Assembly: GCF_037042905.1 (NCBI RefSeq)
Contig: NC_087245.1
Span: forward strand, 26,910,001 to 26,970,000
Source: Lytechinus pictus
Lineage: Eukaryota
Reading direction: 5' to 3'
Length of the DNA: 60,000 bases
Both the position numbers and the translations under genes were made by a program. Below the pieces are notes generated by a model. The model searched no databases. It was not told the DNA's origin and worked only from the letters and a program-made list of their open reading frames with translations. This document shows, one piece after another, positions 36,401 through 50,876 of this stretch. Numbering within the stretch: the first letter of the stretch is position 1; the number at the start of each line of letters is the position of its first letter.

Positions 36401-39400
36401 TGGCAACAACAGTTTGCTATATCATCTAAAAATAAATGACCCAACCTTATAGTAAAACACGCCCCTGGCCATATTATTCTAGTGGATCCACCTTTCAGTT
36501 GGTTAGCAACGATCTGTGCTCACTTTTGAAATCTTTGGAAGTCGTATAAAAATGCTCTTTGGCAGAATTAACAACGCCACAACCCCCCCCCCCCTTGTGG
36601 GCACTTTATCTTGCAATCACCAGTGCATCTTGTATGAAAGAAATAAATGTTTTAGAAAAAGTGACAACAGTTTGTTATTACTTACTCTTCATGCACCTCC
36701 GATCACCTAATTGTTATGAGCTGTTTTTGCTCTGACGCAAACGAAAAATCATTTCAGGCATTTTATTCGAGTAACCTTATCCCATGTTTAAAGTTTAAGC
36801 CTCACGGACCACTAAAGTGTGAAAGACAGTCACGATGTTTTCACCTTGTCAAATACACGCCCGTCAAATCACTACGTGGTGTCACTTCGGACATACTTGG
36901 GCAGATGGCAGGTGAAAGTCCTCGGTCCAGGTACTGACATGACTGAGGGGGGTTGGGTAGATACGTCTCCAAACTGAATATTAACCCCAAGGTTCCAGAT
37001 TCAAATCTTACCGCATCATTGGCGGTTGTCAAACTTCCGAATGGCAACTTGTAACCAAGATATCAGGAGTTACCGAGCTATGCTACCAGAAAAGTCAAAG
37101 TTGATGACAAATTTACCACGCATCTTCTCAAGTCATCCGTAAGTGTCTGACGTATTCGTTCATGCATAAAACACTTTAGACAAACAAAACCTTATGCAGC
37201 ATTCAAAGTACATCGCAAAAACGTGATATGATATAATAGTCCCAAGAATATTACATAAAAGTGTCAACTTAATGATTTATAAGTCAGCAGAAGTCCCACA
37301 CCGTCACCCCTGTTCAATGAAGTCTTGCTATGCTCTTTCAATTTTAAAGTGACAGGGCCCAGCTGACTCTTTATCATCGTTCTTCTTCCAAAACAACTTG
37401 CTATTATCTAAATTGGCCTTTCCATTTTTCTATTTATGATCTTCTTGCGGACCGGGATGTCAAACCATTCCTATCACTTGCCATTCACTTCTGCTTCCTA
37501 CGCTAGCTCTTTCAAACTGTAAGATTCATTTTCGAATTGTATAAGTATTAAATTTTCTTTTGTATGATAAAATGGATTAATGTTTACAGATATTTTTTTA
37601 TAACATGAGGCAATCATACTAAAGAACTCACGCCATTTGCTTTTGGATATCCCTCTTTAAGATACAGGTTGGAACACAATAGAGATTGCAAAAGGAATTA
37701 TTAAAATGAAAATTTCAATAACGCACATGTTAGAGAAAGTGGAGGATACTTGCAGAGTGCAGAGTGAGAGAGAGGAAGTGAGAGGGAGAAAGGGAGGGAT
37801 GGGGAGGGGAAGATTACATTTAGTACATTTCATTTGAATTCGAAAAGATTAAAATACATCGTCATTATATATTTGTAATCAGCGTAATGGCATACTCTCG
37901 CGTACGTGCACTCCTAGCTAAATTGAAATCTCGAGTTTATTCCCTGGATTTATTAGTGGATAGGGAAACGTGCTTGTGATAGTGGAGAAAACATGCGTGC
38001 TTAATATACACGGATTGTCTCCAACTTGATACCATGCATATACCAGAGGCAAGATAGATATAGCAACCGTAAGAAACGTAGATTCCATTTTGCTGTTACG
38101 TAATACAGAATAATTAGAAAGTGTGAAAACTGGAGTTCTGAAGATAAACATTATTTTTTTAAGTCTCATGTACCATGTATGCGTGTAAGGGCCTAGGGGG
38201 TGTGTAATATTATGTTACTTTAGCGCCATTTCCGTCAAAAGCGGGTAAAAGCATTTAGGTTTCAGTGTTATATACATGTATATAATTATGTGTTTGTATG
38301 TGAGCGTGTGTGAAAGAAATAATTGATACATGAACCTGGTCTTGGCTTCTGTATACACGTACATGCCTCTTTTAAAATATTAAGCTTTTCAATTTCCTTA
38401 TAATCTTCATCAGTCAATCAAGAAAATCCACAAAGACGAATTACAAAATTGCCTATGCAAAAGACGATATCTCTGGGCGGCGTAATTTTACACAATTTTA
38501 CACAATTATGGATTAATACTTAGTTACAGTTAATATAACAATATGCCATCCAATTATATAAATTTTCCAGATCAATGTGGATTTTCTGCTAAAGCAGTAA
38601 CAAAGCTGTGCGTAGGCCTATCCAACACGATTGCAATTTAGTTGTTGCATGATAAATGAGTGTGGGCAAGTTTTTTCAATGCCTCGACAAGAACCAGTAT
38701 ATCAAAAGGCGAATACCTCCATTGCATGACTATTTTATATGGTTTGGTATTTTCTAATGATCTAACCTTGAGCATGACCCCCAAGTGGTATAGTTCGTTC
38801 GGGTGACATCGGGGTTAAAGACATGTGGTAGTTCCGTCAGGGACTTGGGAGTTTTCCGCTGACAGGAAACTGTTAGGACCAGGTACCAGCCTTTTTCAAA
38901 CATAATCGGAATATGACGTTATATTCCAATGAATCATATTCCCCTTCATTGGTCGTTGCCAACCATTAGTCAACGAGTTTGAGTTTGCTAGGATCCTGTT
39001 AAAGTATATGTACTTACGCTAGGCCGAAAATCTTTCTACGATGTAAAGATTTCTTGCATTAAACCTGAAATTGTACTTCGAGTTTTTTTCTGTTTCCCTT
39101 GTCAGTGCAATCTTTATTTTGGTAATTTTGTGTCTCTACATGTGCATGTTTTTCATAAAAAAATCGGTAGTTTATACTATCTGCGAAGAAATCAAAATGA
39201 CCGCTGAACAATATTTCAGAGACAATGATATTGAAAACGATTAGCTCTCTCTTAGCTGATCCCTCCACTATTTGGAGATTCCTAGGGTCCAAGGTTGTTG
39301 CTATTCATTCCCTATGTCTCAGTAAGATCCTGCATGAATCCTATCTGTACAGATTCCAACCCCCCCCCCCAGTAAAAATGTTTTCCAATCTACCATTTAG

Positions 39401-40959
39401 GCTTATGCATTTGCAAATGCTATTAAGCTTCATTTTCAGACACCTCAGTGAATATGATCGCCCTTGTCATGCCTTAAAAAGAACTATCCTATCAACTTCA
39501 GAAGGTGAAATATCTTCACCGTGAACTTGCAAAACAACAGCGCAGACACCAAATAGGCATCGTCATTCTCTATTGTGTGACTTATTTTGCTTGTATTTAG
39601 TTAATGATAGCACACAGTGAGACTCTTTAGAGGATTGTTCTTGTTTGTGAAGCTCTTTGCATTCCTGGGCATGCACTACAAAGGGCTCGTGTGTGCAACT
39701 TGCAGAACTAAAGAATATGGCGACCTGGCTTCACTGTCCACTGACTTTATTGAATCAAGAAGAACAAATACCATTCTAGAGTTAAAATCCTATACGTCAA
39801 TGTACTGAACCTTTTACCCCATCGGTTTTACAACACTTAATCGTGTCAGCTGATTATTTAACTTGGGTTGAGGGTCCGAGTAATGAATCGGCTGTTTTAC
39901 TAGCCATTGCATAAATTTTACCCCCCCCCCATCGACATTACCATTAAAACGTCATCCAAACGGAATTTACCGAGGCCTTTCATAACAGTAGATATGAATA
40001 ATTATATACCAGTAGAAATGCACAACAACGCAACGTACAAGAAGATCTGTTTAAGATATAAGTCTTGTTTTATATATCCCTTGCAAATTTACCTTAATTA
40101 CAAACTGCATGGAGTTCGTCCCCATCAATGTTCTTTCTTTTAGGAGAGAGTGTATCCGTTTAATTAAGAATCACATCGGGACTCACATCCTATCTGGTGA
40201 TTCTATTCCTATCTATGAGATCACCTGACCTCTCTTAATGGTTTGGCAAATCCCCCAATGGTCAATGTCAATCAAGATCCATATATTACATGAATTTGTA
40301 TCAACTAAATCTACATGATGTGGATGAACTGTTTAAGTCGTTTTACATTGCACGATTTTGCATGGCAATCTTATTTTGGTAACTGACCAAAGTAAACATG
40401 ACTGCATATAATGAAAGATAAAGGTAAGAATCCCTTAATACAATTAATTCCTATCCATGAATATTAATCCCGCACACCTAAGCTGTTCATGGGAATTCAT
40501 CCCTTTGGAAATTGATTATACCCGCAAAATGTGGACATGGCATAGATATAGATTAATGGAAAATAACGAACGATACAATGACTCAGACCGTTACAGTAAC
40601 AATGTGTCAGTATGTTTACTTGTACCATGGAGCTATATGTAATGCTTGTACCTTGTACCCACACGTACACCACGGGATGGAAGACAAATGGCAAGAGAGA
40701 GAGAGGAGGTTGGATGGTTGAGATAGAGATGAAGAGGGATGGGGTGGGGTGGGAGAAGGAGTGGGCAAGAAAAGGAAAGATAAGATGTCGAAATAGACAG
40801 CTGTTCATCAGACGGTAAGAGATAGCAAACAATATCAGGAATAAGTGAACTGTGCTTGCAAATAGAACGATTGAACCCATACAAAACCTTTATGATCATT
40901 TTGCTGCACATAACATAGGTGATGATGTTCGTAATAAGAACACATAGTAAGATATTACC

Positions 40960-41142
40960 ACCACTACTACTGCTACAACTGCTACTAATGATAATATTAA
41001 CAACAATTATAACAACAATTAACAACAAAAACAATAAAAATAAAAGTAATAATAATTATAACAATGATAGTAATAGTGATAATATAATATGAATAATGAT
41101 GATAATAATAATCATGATAATCATAATAATCGTAATGGTAAT
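40960..41142. repeat. Degenerate (AAT/AAC/CTA)n trinucleotide microsatellite
   Basis: Runs of aataataat, aacaacaa and ctactact. Confidence 0.85.
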
Positions 41143-42569
41143 ATATTTAAATCAGTACTTATTGAAGCATGAAGGAAGCTGACAAAATTAGAAGATAGAC
41201 CTGGAAGCTCGACTGCTAATTCAGCATTCTTCCAGTATTTGCGGTAAGGTAAGGTAAGGTAAGTACACTGTTCGCTTGTCATTTCATAAACTGTACATTC
41301 CCCATCCGTGGTTTGTTTCTTCTTAACTCAAGGTTAGTGCAATACAAAGAAACCCACTATTAAAACACACAATATTCTGACAAAACATGACAATTCTTCA
41401 TGGATTGCATGCCATTCACCGTTGCGTGAGTGATTGACACTAGTAATTCTATTTCTAAGTGATTCCCTCTTTCCCGAATAATACAAAAATACAATGACCA
41501 CTTTTTCCGAAACTGTCATTGTGAATTAAACAGCTTCTGTGTCATAATAATCATACGAATACAAGGCAAGGGATGCTTTCGAATGCAAATGAGAAAATAA
41601 TATTTTAGTAGGATCCATGGTTTTACTTAAGGCCTACAGGTGCATTCTACATATAGTGGGCTATACTGTGATATATCACGATTCATACTATATCACATTA
41701 TCCTTCAATGTATATCAATTTAAAACCGATGTTATTTGTTAGTATTGACTGTTGTATTTCATCGAATGAGACCCATATAATGATGCTGATAAAGATGAAG
41801 TGTCATCAATATGCAAACAGAGAATCGTGCTTTAAAGAATGCTACTTGTTGTTTGCAGATCCTACTGGACATCGGACATGGGTGCAAATAGCTATGCAAT
41901 GATACGCCGCTGATTCTGGCCTCTTGAAAGTGATCATTAGCCAGGCTCTAAAAAAAAAGGCCGCCGCTAGACAACTAAGTAAGAAAAAAGACGTAATGAA
42001 TAGTGTCATGCCATTCACTTACCTAACACTTGAAGAATTAATACTTATAACGAGGGGGGAACAATGCATTGAAATATGAAAGAAATGAGTATCGTCCACT
42101 ATCCTTTTAAGTATCCACGTACAGGAGCATAAGCAGCAGTGCGTACGCCTACCGGTAAGTCGTCAACATTTTATGAGTGACTTCTTAAAAGCTGACTTTT
42201 GTGAATGCAGAAACTGTGTGTGTATCCTGCGCATTCTAGCCCGTCTCGGTCCATTGACGAAGGGAGCGCGCGAATGAAAAATCAATGCTTCTCTGAGCTA
42301 TGATCTCGTTCGTCATTCAGGAACTCCTTATTAGGAGGTGTGAATTATTTTTTCTTGGAACTTGTCAAGACAAGATAATGGTTCTCTCATGTCAAAATAT
42401 AATATAATGAATTTAAGTAACAAATGATGCATCAATTTGCATGTGAATCTTCGATTATATACAAACTTAGAATTTCATATGCCTAAATAAATCAAGATTT
42501 ATATTTGGTGACTTTCACTCAGCTTTTTAACTTTAAAGTATTAAGTTTAATCATTATTTGAAATATTTT

Positions 42570-43865
42570 AATAATAATAGATGCTTAATGATAACAGATG
42601 CTTATATAACGCATACTATTCGACAGAATCTCTATGCGCTTTACAAAAGAAGTAATTAGATCTAATACATGTATACCTAGAATAAAAACATATATACTAA
42701 ATGAAAAAAATAACAAAACATTGTAACATACCTTTCCTCAACAAAATAATCTACCTTGAACATACCTTGAAGCGCCACACTTCCATCTTCATGGAGATAG
42801 ATAATAGTGTGTCAGGGTTTGGGGGCTTTGTAGCCCATTAATAACCCAATTTTGATAGTCTCTGTTTAAAGTTGAGGAGTGTGGACGATTTGATGGCTTC
42901 TTCAGGGAGTTTATTCCAGCTATCAATAACTCTTTTGCTAAAGAAATGTTTCCTTATGTCCAGTCTGGAATGAGTTCTTTTGAGCTTTTGAGAATGACCT
43001 CTGGTACTCTGATATACGTTGCTTTCTGGAGGATGAAGTTTGGATTGATGTTATCGATCTGTGACATAATGAGATCACCCCTCCTCCGCCTATGCTCCAA
43101 TGTTGTGAGGTTTATTCTTTTCAATCTGGATTCATAGAGTAGATCTCTTAATTTGGGTATGAGTTTGGTAGCCCTAGCCTGCATCTTTTCAAGAACTTGA
43201 ATGTCTTTAGATAGATATGGGCACCAGGCTTGCATACAATAGTCCAAATGTGGCCTGACAAGAGATTTGTATAATTTTAGAATTACATCTCTACTTCTGT
43301 AAATGAAGTTCCTCTTAATCATTCCCAAAACTCTATTAGCTTTCTTGGCAGCCGCGGCACATTGGGTTATCATGAGAACAAGTATGTTTTAAAAGATTTG
43401 AGAAAGGTGGAATTACATTGTGATGGCCCTCAGATTATTAGGCAGTTTATTCCACAGTACAGGTGCTGCTGACTGAAAGGCACGATCACCAAACGAACAT
43501 GTTTTAGACGTTGGTACAGTTAATAAATTCAGGCCTGAAGAGCGGAGATTTCTTTGTGGGACATATTCAGTAATCAGATCAGACAGGTAAAATGGGGACT
43601 TACTAACTAATTTTTTATGACATATTGCTGTACAGGCAACAAGGGCGCTATGGGATCTTTACCTTTAGCACGCATGATAAGCCTGGCTGCGCAGGTTTGC
43701 ACTATTTGTGTCTTTCTTACATCTTTTTCAGACAGGCCATATAAAAAGAGAATTGCAAAAGTCAATTCTGGATGAAACAAAAGCGTGAATCAACATTTCA
43801 GTGGTCTTTTTACACAAGTAATTCCGAATTTTTGCAATTCTTCTCAATGAACACATTACAGATTG
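42570..43865 (-). mobile_element. L2-clade LINE 3' fragment, interrupted by CR1
   Basis: 43375-43865 encodes LRRIAKIRNYL..TEMLIHAFVSSRIDFCNSLLYGL...FGDRAFQSAAPVLWNKLP...KTYLF. An L2-type 3' end (aagcgc...tataagc...tattattat) lies at 42570-42650. Confidence 0.75.
42750..43373 (-). mobile_element. CR1-clade LINE 3' fragment, frameshifted
   Basis: KKANRVLGMIKRNF..LYKSLVRPHLDYC..RRRRGDLI, then TRGHSQKL..RKHFFSKRVIDSWNKLP in a shifted frame; (tcaaggta)-type tail at ~42750-42770. Confidence 0.85.
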
Positions 43866-44364
43866 AGTCCTAATTTTCCAGGATTACGAGTTTCTGCTCT
43901 GAGTAATTAAAAAAAAAAAATTTTTATTCCAAAAATAGCGATCCAAACTATATGCAAAAGGAAAAGAGACATACATTATAGGCTACAGATAAATTGAATA
44001 TGATAATGAGGTTGAATAATATATATTAATGATAATAATTTGAATTCGAAATTGTATTTGTCGGTTACTGTGTATTTTCATTATATCATAATATGTTTCA
44101 TAATTAGTAAGACCTAATCATTTAAGTTTTTTATTTATTTAATCAGAATCAACAGGATAAAATAAACTAAAATAAAAAAAACGTCCCTTTGATCCTGGTG
44201 CTCTTAAGCAGAGTTGTATACAAACTGCACTCGTCTTTTCAAAAGTTCTTCCTAATATCATACCTAATAATATTTAGACAGAAATATTCTGTCGTTCTAC
44301 TTCAAGTAAAATTCACCCGGTTTTTCCTCCCAACAAGCTACTTTGCATGTTAAAATCATGAATG

Positions 44365-46608
44365 CACTGTTAAAAATACTAGTAATTTTACAAAGAAAAA
44401 TCGGAAGTTGAGGATGTTTACCTTTTAAAAACAGACGACACAATGATTTAACAAACCAAACGTATTTATTCAGTGATATGTAATGTCGAATTACAAGTTA
44501 AATGTAAAACAAAGTAAAATGTAATAATCTTTGTAAAAATACCAACGAACTATCGTGTTTTTACGTTGATTGCAGTGCATCTATCGTATAAATAGTTTTT
44601 GTATTTGTAAATTAATGGCGATTTTCATGTTAAATGAATGTTAATTGATTGATTGATTTTATTTGTCAGGTAACTATGAACAAGTACAAGAAAATACGAA
44701 AAGAAGTGTATACCTTGACAGGATTGCCCATGAAAGCCGAGATGGCTTATTTCCAATGGGGTCCTTACATCAGTAATTGAAGACAATGTACATCTATGAA
44801 AAGAACACCTATAGATATCTACAAACTACATCAATTATGTCTAGACCACTAAATTAACACGATGAATTGTAAAAATTAATATATAACAAGACAAAAACAA
44901 ATAAGTTTGCCATGAAAAACATTTACGCAGTCAACAAAATATGATTAAAATAATTGTAAAACAGGTTGAGTAAACGATCATTACTTCTAAGTTACATATG
45001 AGAATTATACTAATAATCAGTTTTTAGGTAGCACTAAATGCATTTTTACTAATACAAGATTCATGAATCGTAAAACCTAAGATATGAAAAAGTACAAATA
45101 AGCTTGACATCAAACTTGCACGCAAACAACAAAAGATGATGAAACAATGTAAAACAAGTTGATTAAATAAATCAAAACTAAATAGTTATATATAAGACTA
45201 CACGATACACATGAAATTAGAAAGAATATTTAACATTACAGAGTGGGGACATTTTTTAAGTGTTGTTTCAATACTCTTTTAAATTGTGTAAAAGTCTTAA
45301 CCGATTTAACATGATTAGGGAGGGAATTCCAAAAATGTATACCTTTATAATAAAATGTGTTGCCAATTTGACCTTTTCTCATAGGTACCACAAAGTTAAA
45401 CAGTCTATTTCTTGTTTCATGCCCGTGAATATTTGATGACCGTGTAAAAATTGTTGATATGTAATGATATTCGTTTGAATAGAAAATTTTATGAACATGG
45501 TGAAGTAAAAGTTGTTGTGACCTCAAGTCTATGCGAAGAAGGCCAGCTTTTTCGATTTCATTCTTCCCAACATGTGTTCTTGGGTGTAAGCAAGTAATAA
45601 ATCTAACAATCTTATTTTGCATAATTATAAACTTTTTTTATCAACCTTTCCAAGACTGCAGCACCATGCTACATTAGCATAATCAAATAAACACTGTATT
45701 AATGAAAAGCTTAAAATGCGTCTGGATTTCGTATTCATGCAATTTTGGTACCGGTACATAAATTTCAAGCGAGCATTAGCTTTTTTGACAATAGAGTCAA
45801 CCATAGATGTACATGAGAGATCACTATTTAATATCAGGCCTAAATACTTCACGGAATTATGTCTCTTAATTAATTGATTGTTATAGTATATATAGAAATC
45901 ATCTGTATGCTTAGACATGCCCCGCGAACAAAACAAAATACTTTCAGTCTTACCAACATGTAAGCTAAGCTTATTATCTGTCATCCATTTAACACAATGT
46001 GATAATTCTAGGCTAAGTTTTTTACCGATCAGCTTAGGACTTGTATCAGAATAGAGTAAAACACTGTCGTCTGCATATAAAAGTAATTTACTTTTATTAA
46101 CACAAATACACATATCATTGATATAGCACATAAAAAGAACGGGACCTAATATGCTCCCCTGTGGAAATACACACTTTATAGGCATAGAATATGAAAGTAC
46201 ATTTTGCATGGATACCACTTGACGGCGATTGGTCAAGTAAGACCTAAACCAATTCAAGCATGCTGAATTCAAACCCATCACTTCTAATTTATTTAAGAGT
46301 ATTTCATGATTAACCGTATCAAATGCTTTTTGTAAGTCAAGAAGAACCATCCCAACATAACGGCCTTCGGAAATTTCATTCCTAACAAAATCCAACAAGT
46401 GAATTAAACATGTTTCAGTAGAATAACCATTCCTAAAACCAGACTGAAATTCATAACTGATTTTGTATTCTTCAAAGTAAAATGTTTTGTTTTTACAGTT
46501 ATCCAGCAATTTTGCATTTTTACAGCCCATCTTGAATTCATATTGTTTGTGAGTCCCAGCTGCCAGTAATAATTACTGTTTTTATATACAGGTTTATTTT
46601 TAACAGTG
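44365..46608. mobile_element. CACTG-ended (CACTA/EnSpm-like) non-autonomous element hosting a LINE
   Basis: 14-bp perfect TIR CACTGTTAAAAATA / TATTTTTAACAGTG, with TG on both outer sides. Confidence 0.7.
44643..46480 (-). mobile_element. 5'-truncated CR1/L2-group (Crack/Daphne-like) LINE with reverse transcriptase remnant
   Basis: ORFs 46530-45625 and 45622-45236 carry FQSGFR, DLQKAFDTV, PQGSILGP, YADD, KYLG and WNSLP, with a frame disruption near 45630. The ~600-bp 3' UTR ends in AATAAA(ATCA)n. Candidate TSD is AATGTT. Confidence 0.9.
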
Positions 46609-49600
46609 TGTCCTTGATGGAATTTCTAATAACACACACCTGAAGACTGAATTTCATTTAATAAAATCGGACCAAAAAAGTTGTGGATAAAATCAAATAA
46701 TAACGTAAAATCAAATTGTTACGATATTTTATTGTAGTTTTACTTTTGGTCATCTTGTTCCTGTCATCGAACACAACATGGAAGAAATAATGCAAAAGGA
46801 AATTCCACATTGCCTACAGTTCAATAAAATATTGCTTAACATGTAGACATTCCCATGCTCGCTCTCTCGGCCCCCCTCTCTCTATATAAATATATACAAT
46901 TTGCCTTATATATATATATATATATATATTCATTGTCTCTCTTCTCTCCTTCTATTTCTTCCTTTTCCTCTATGACATTTGATTCTCCTATCGACATCAT
47001 TCTACAAGAAATTGCAATGAGATAACAAAAGAGTTAAAAGACATATGAAGAAGGCGATAGGAGCCGATGATTATCTAGCAGTACTAGTGCCAATATCAGA
47101 CCACATAGCACCGTGATACATACCTTGTGTGTCCCCCGCCCCCTTAAAAAAAGCCTCATTTGGTATATTATCCTTTACCCCTCGTACTCAGTGTTCAACC
47201 ATAGAGATAGATGAATATTGATATACATCATAAACACTGTTTGACCTTTCTTATTTCTGTAGTATGAACGAATTATTTCTCAAAAACTCTTTGCCACTTA
47301 ACTTCCGAGAGGAACACTAAGAATTAAAATAAGTTGATATACGGAAATGAACACAATGTTTAATGTTCATAACACGGAAACAAAAATGGCAATCCAAAAC
47401 TGAAACTCTGAATTTCAATTAGTACTCAAGATGTTCATAGGTTTTGGGGATTTTATTTTTATCATTGTATTTGTCTAATCCATTGGTTTCGTGCTTACAT
47501 CTGTGAACATTATAATGTAACCACATTGAAGCAAAGAGTTCAAATTTAGAACAACAACAACAAATGGAAAAATATCACGAGACACCCATCTGTAATAAAT
47601 ACAATACGATTGAATGTCATTTCACTGCATTTTTTCCTAATCTTTATTTTTGTCTTTTATATCTAAACGTACTTTTCTGAAAACAAATCAGAATGAATAT
47701 AGAGTAGGCATACCTTGTGCAAATTAATATAATGTACTCAGTTTATTGATATAAGTAATCGGAGTGTACAAAATCGTTAGAATTGCTTCTTATCTTTTAA
47801 ATGCCTTATGTTTTTATATATTCGTAACTTTATACATTTAAGTCATTACACATTTGATTTGTGTTTAGCCGGAAAGGGTACGTCAAATGCCTGTATCAAA
47901 ATTGATGAAAAATTTTCCCTTTACTCACAATATCGTGTAGAAAACAACCAAACGTGTCAATAATAAAAGAACACAACTATTAGTATTACACAACATCCCT
48001 CCTGCGTTCACGTGAGTTATTACATAATAAATCAATTGTGTGACGTCATGGATAACGACGCATATCGATTGCAAGACCAAAGGGCCAATTAATAAAGTAA
48101 GGCGAATGAGATTGACCCCATTCCATCTTCCTCGAAATAAAAGAAGAATAAACATTACTTTATTATACATGACATAAATTTAACAAGGAAACGAGAGGCT
48201 TGGCCAGGTCATCCTCGTGTCATAATTTCCCACATGTTTCATCATCGTGTTATTTCATACAAAAACATAAACATTGACAAAGACTTCGAAGAAATCAACA
48301 ATAGCCTTGCTCTTCGCAGATGGGAAAGAGACTATGACGTAGTCAGAAAGGGATTTAGCACCAACACAAAAGAAAGGAGTTTGTTCCAAATAACAAGATA
48401 ATTTTCCTGAAGGTCTGTTCACTGTTATCACACACCAATGATGATAATTGGCCAATGTTGGGTTAACAGGTAACGTGCATGTTTGTTAAAGGGGTAACAT
48501 TATATTAAATACTAAAAGTTATACAAGATGCTGGGTAAAATTTCTCTCATGAAACACATTTTTATCTAGTATTCTCAAAATTTAACAAAAATAGCATCCA
48601 TGTTTCATATTAAACCCAGAATTAGGTAGATTTTTACAAATCTTCTTGTGATCATTTGGTTCTCATCATCTCTTTCGTTTCAAAGTCAATATTAACTTAC
48701 CGGGTGATTTTGGGGGGTTAATTGGGTTTGAAATGAGTTTTTAAGTTATTTCAAGTATGCTGGAAATGGAGAGAAATTACATCTACAATAAATATGATTT
48801 TGTAATAAATGAGAAAGATCTACACTCGTGTGAACACGTTTAAAAAAAATTAAGAAAAATGCACAAATTGTGCAATACAGATTCCCCTTCCCTACCTGAC
48901 TGCAGCTTCATGGTGAAGATATACGCACAGAACACATGTATGGACATTTTCATAAAATAAATGTTTTTACTGTGGAATTGTGCATATACATGTTGGCTGA
49001 AGCAATTTCATACCAACAAATTTTCTCCTTAAATGAATCATACACACAACAAAACGGGGAAGAAATGTCAAACAAGAAGCTCCCGATCTAGTCAGGCATT
49101 GTAGGGGATGAAAACATAAATTATTCGAAAATTGTCTTCCTCTTTCTTTCTTCAAATTTAGGCTGCCTTACAAATATCATTAAATATAGTATTGCTATGA
49201 CAACGTCTTCAAATAAGATTCGTCATGTTAACTCTTTCATTTCAGAATACATCGTTTAAACATTATCGAAGGTGTTTGATCATGCACGAACAATCATTCA
49301 TTCTGAACCGCGAATCGGATAATATCATGAAGTGAGACGTGAAAATTCTAGCTGTAATCATATGGTGGTATAATATCACGTAATTCCAGACACTAAATGA
49401 AAACATGTACATTCTTTGTCGGTCTGAAAGATCAGTAATATTACCAGTACACAATTAATAAGCATGACTGGCTTTCATTGAATAACAAATTTAACACTTT
49501 ATGAGACCTTGGTCTTTTTATTGATAAAATCATAGTATCTACAGGCAAACAATGATGTAAACATGAAGAAAGATGTACATGAGCCATGCCTACATGGAGA

Positions 49601-49848
49601 CCGTGATACATAAATTTGCTCCTATTGAAAGCGCGAAGCGCAGTGAGCAATGGCGAAACAATAAAAATGAGGGAGTCGAGATTTTCGAATCCCCAAACTC
49701 TTTATCTGCCTTTTCGTTACCAGTCGAGTAGGATGGGGGCGTGCACCCGTTCCCCTGGCTTTATTCATGGGGAGATAAACAAGATGTTGTGTGCACGCTC
49801 CCCCTCTCCCTCCCCTTTCTCTCTATTATTTTAGAAAGTCAAAAAGGG

Positions 49849-49887
49849 GCCTAAGCTTTCGATCCTAGCAGAGTCTTCGTCGGAGGC
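49849..49887 (-). ncRNA. Degenerate minimal type I hammerhead ribozyme motif (Penelope-like element type)
   Basis: GCCU-CCGACGA-A-GACUCU-GCU-AGGAUC-GAAA-GC-UUA-GGC; core deviates from CUGANGA and stem II is mismatched. Confidence 0.5.
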
Positions 49888-50403
49888 AAAATGACTATTA
49901 TTTTGTCTCTCTGTCTGCCTGTCTCTCTCTGTATTTCTCTTGCTCTCTATTTCTCTTCTCTCTCTCATAGGTCTACCTCCCTTATCCCTGCTTTTGGGAT
50001 TTATCTTGTTTTATTAGGCATGTTCCGTAGATAAAGTTCCCTCTCCATCCCCCATTTCTTGCCCCTTTCTTCCTCCTCATTCCCATACACTATTTCACCA
50101 TCTCACGATTATTTCTTCATAACCTGAGAAACATTGTCTGCATTCCCATTCCCTACCTCCATTTGATTCTGCTTAAGTTCTTGGTCACGTAGTGAATCTG
50201 AAAATAGAACTAGACTAAAAGGACATTCTCAAGTACAGAAAAACACATAACGATGCCATTATTGAAGATATGAACATATCCAATCCATAAAAGTCATTTC
50301 CATGCTATGAGATTGAAATTAATGTTATTTCCTTTCCTCCTACTATACTTAATTAAGGACATTGGTAGGCAAATCTGCTCATATCTTACATATTGGGTTT
50401 TAA

Positions 50404-50876
50404 AGGGAAGTTCACTCTAACAAAAATTTGTTGGAAAAAAATACCAGAAAAATAAGTAATATTGGTGAAGGTTTGAAGAAAATCCATCAAAGATTGATAG
50501 TGTTATAAAATTTTACGTTTTTAACTTGCTATGTTATATACAAGCAACTGCTCCATATATTATGCAATATATTAAGATACATAACTTTTATTTCTTAATT
50601 GCTCATGTACATAATAAAAATACAATAATTTGTTGATATACTGAAGGTACAATAAAAACCATTCTTAATTTTATAAGAAAATGAAATTTCGTTGATATTA
50701 TTGATTTACGATACACAGGAAGGCGTTCGTATATAAATAAATAAATGAAAAAGAAATAAGCTTAAATTATAGCTTGTTTTAATCTTTGATGGATTTCCCT
50801 CAAACCTTCACTACTACTTTTTATCGTTTTTTCTTCTATTTTTATAATCAACTTGTCGTCGGGGTGAACTTCCCTT
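50404..50876. mobile_element. TTAA-flanked MITE, copy 2 (same family as 13397-13893)
   Basis: ttaa|agggaagttcac ... gtgaacttccctt|ttaa; shares attggtgaaggtttga and tactgaaggtaca/tacaaaggtaca blocks with copy 1. Confidence 0.75.

Noticed and set aside
41150..41263. (GTAAG)n as tandem splice donors or an RTE tail
   Set aside because: No linked exon was found, and the upstream similarity to an RTE end is too weak to call.
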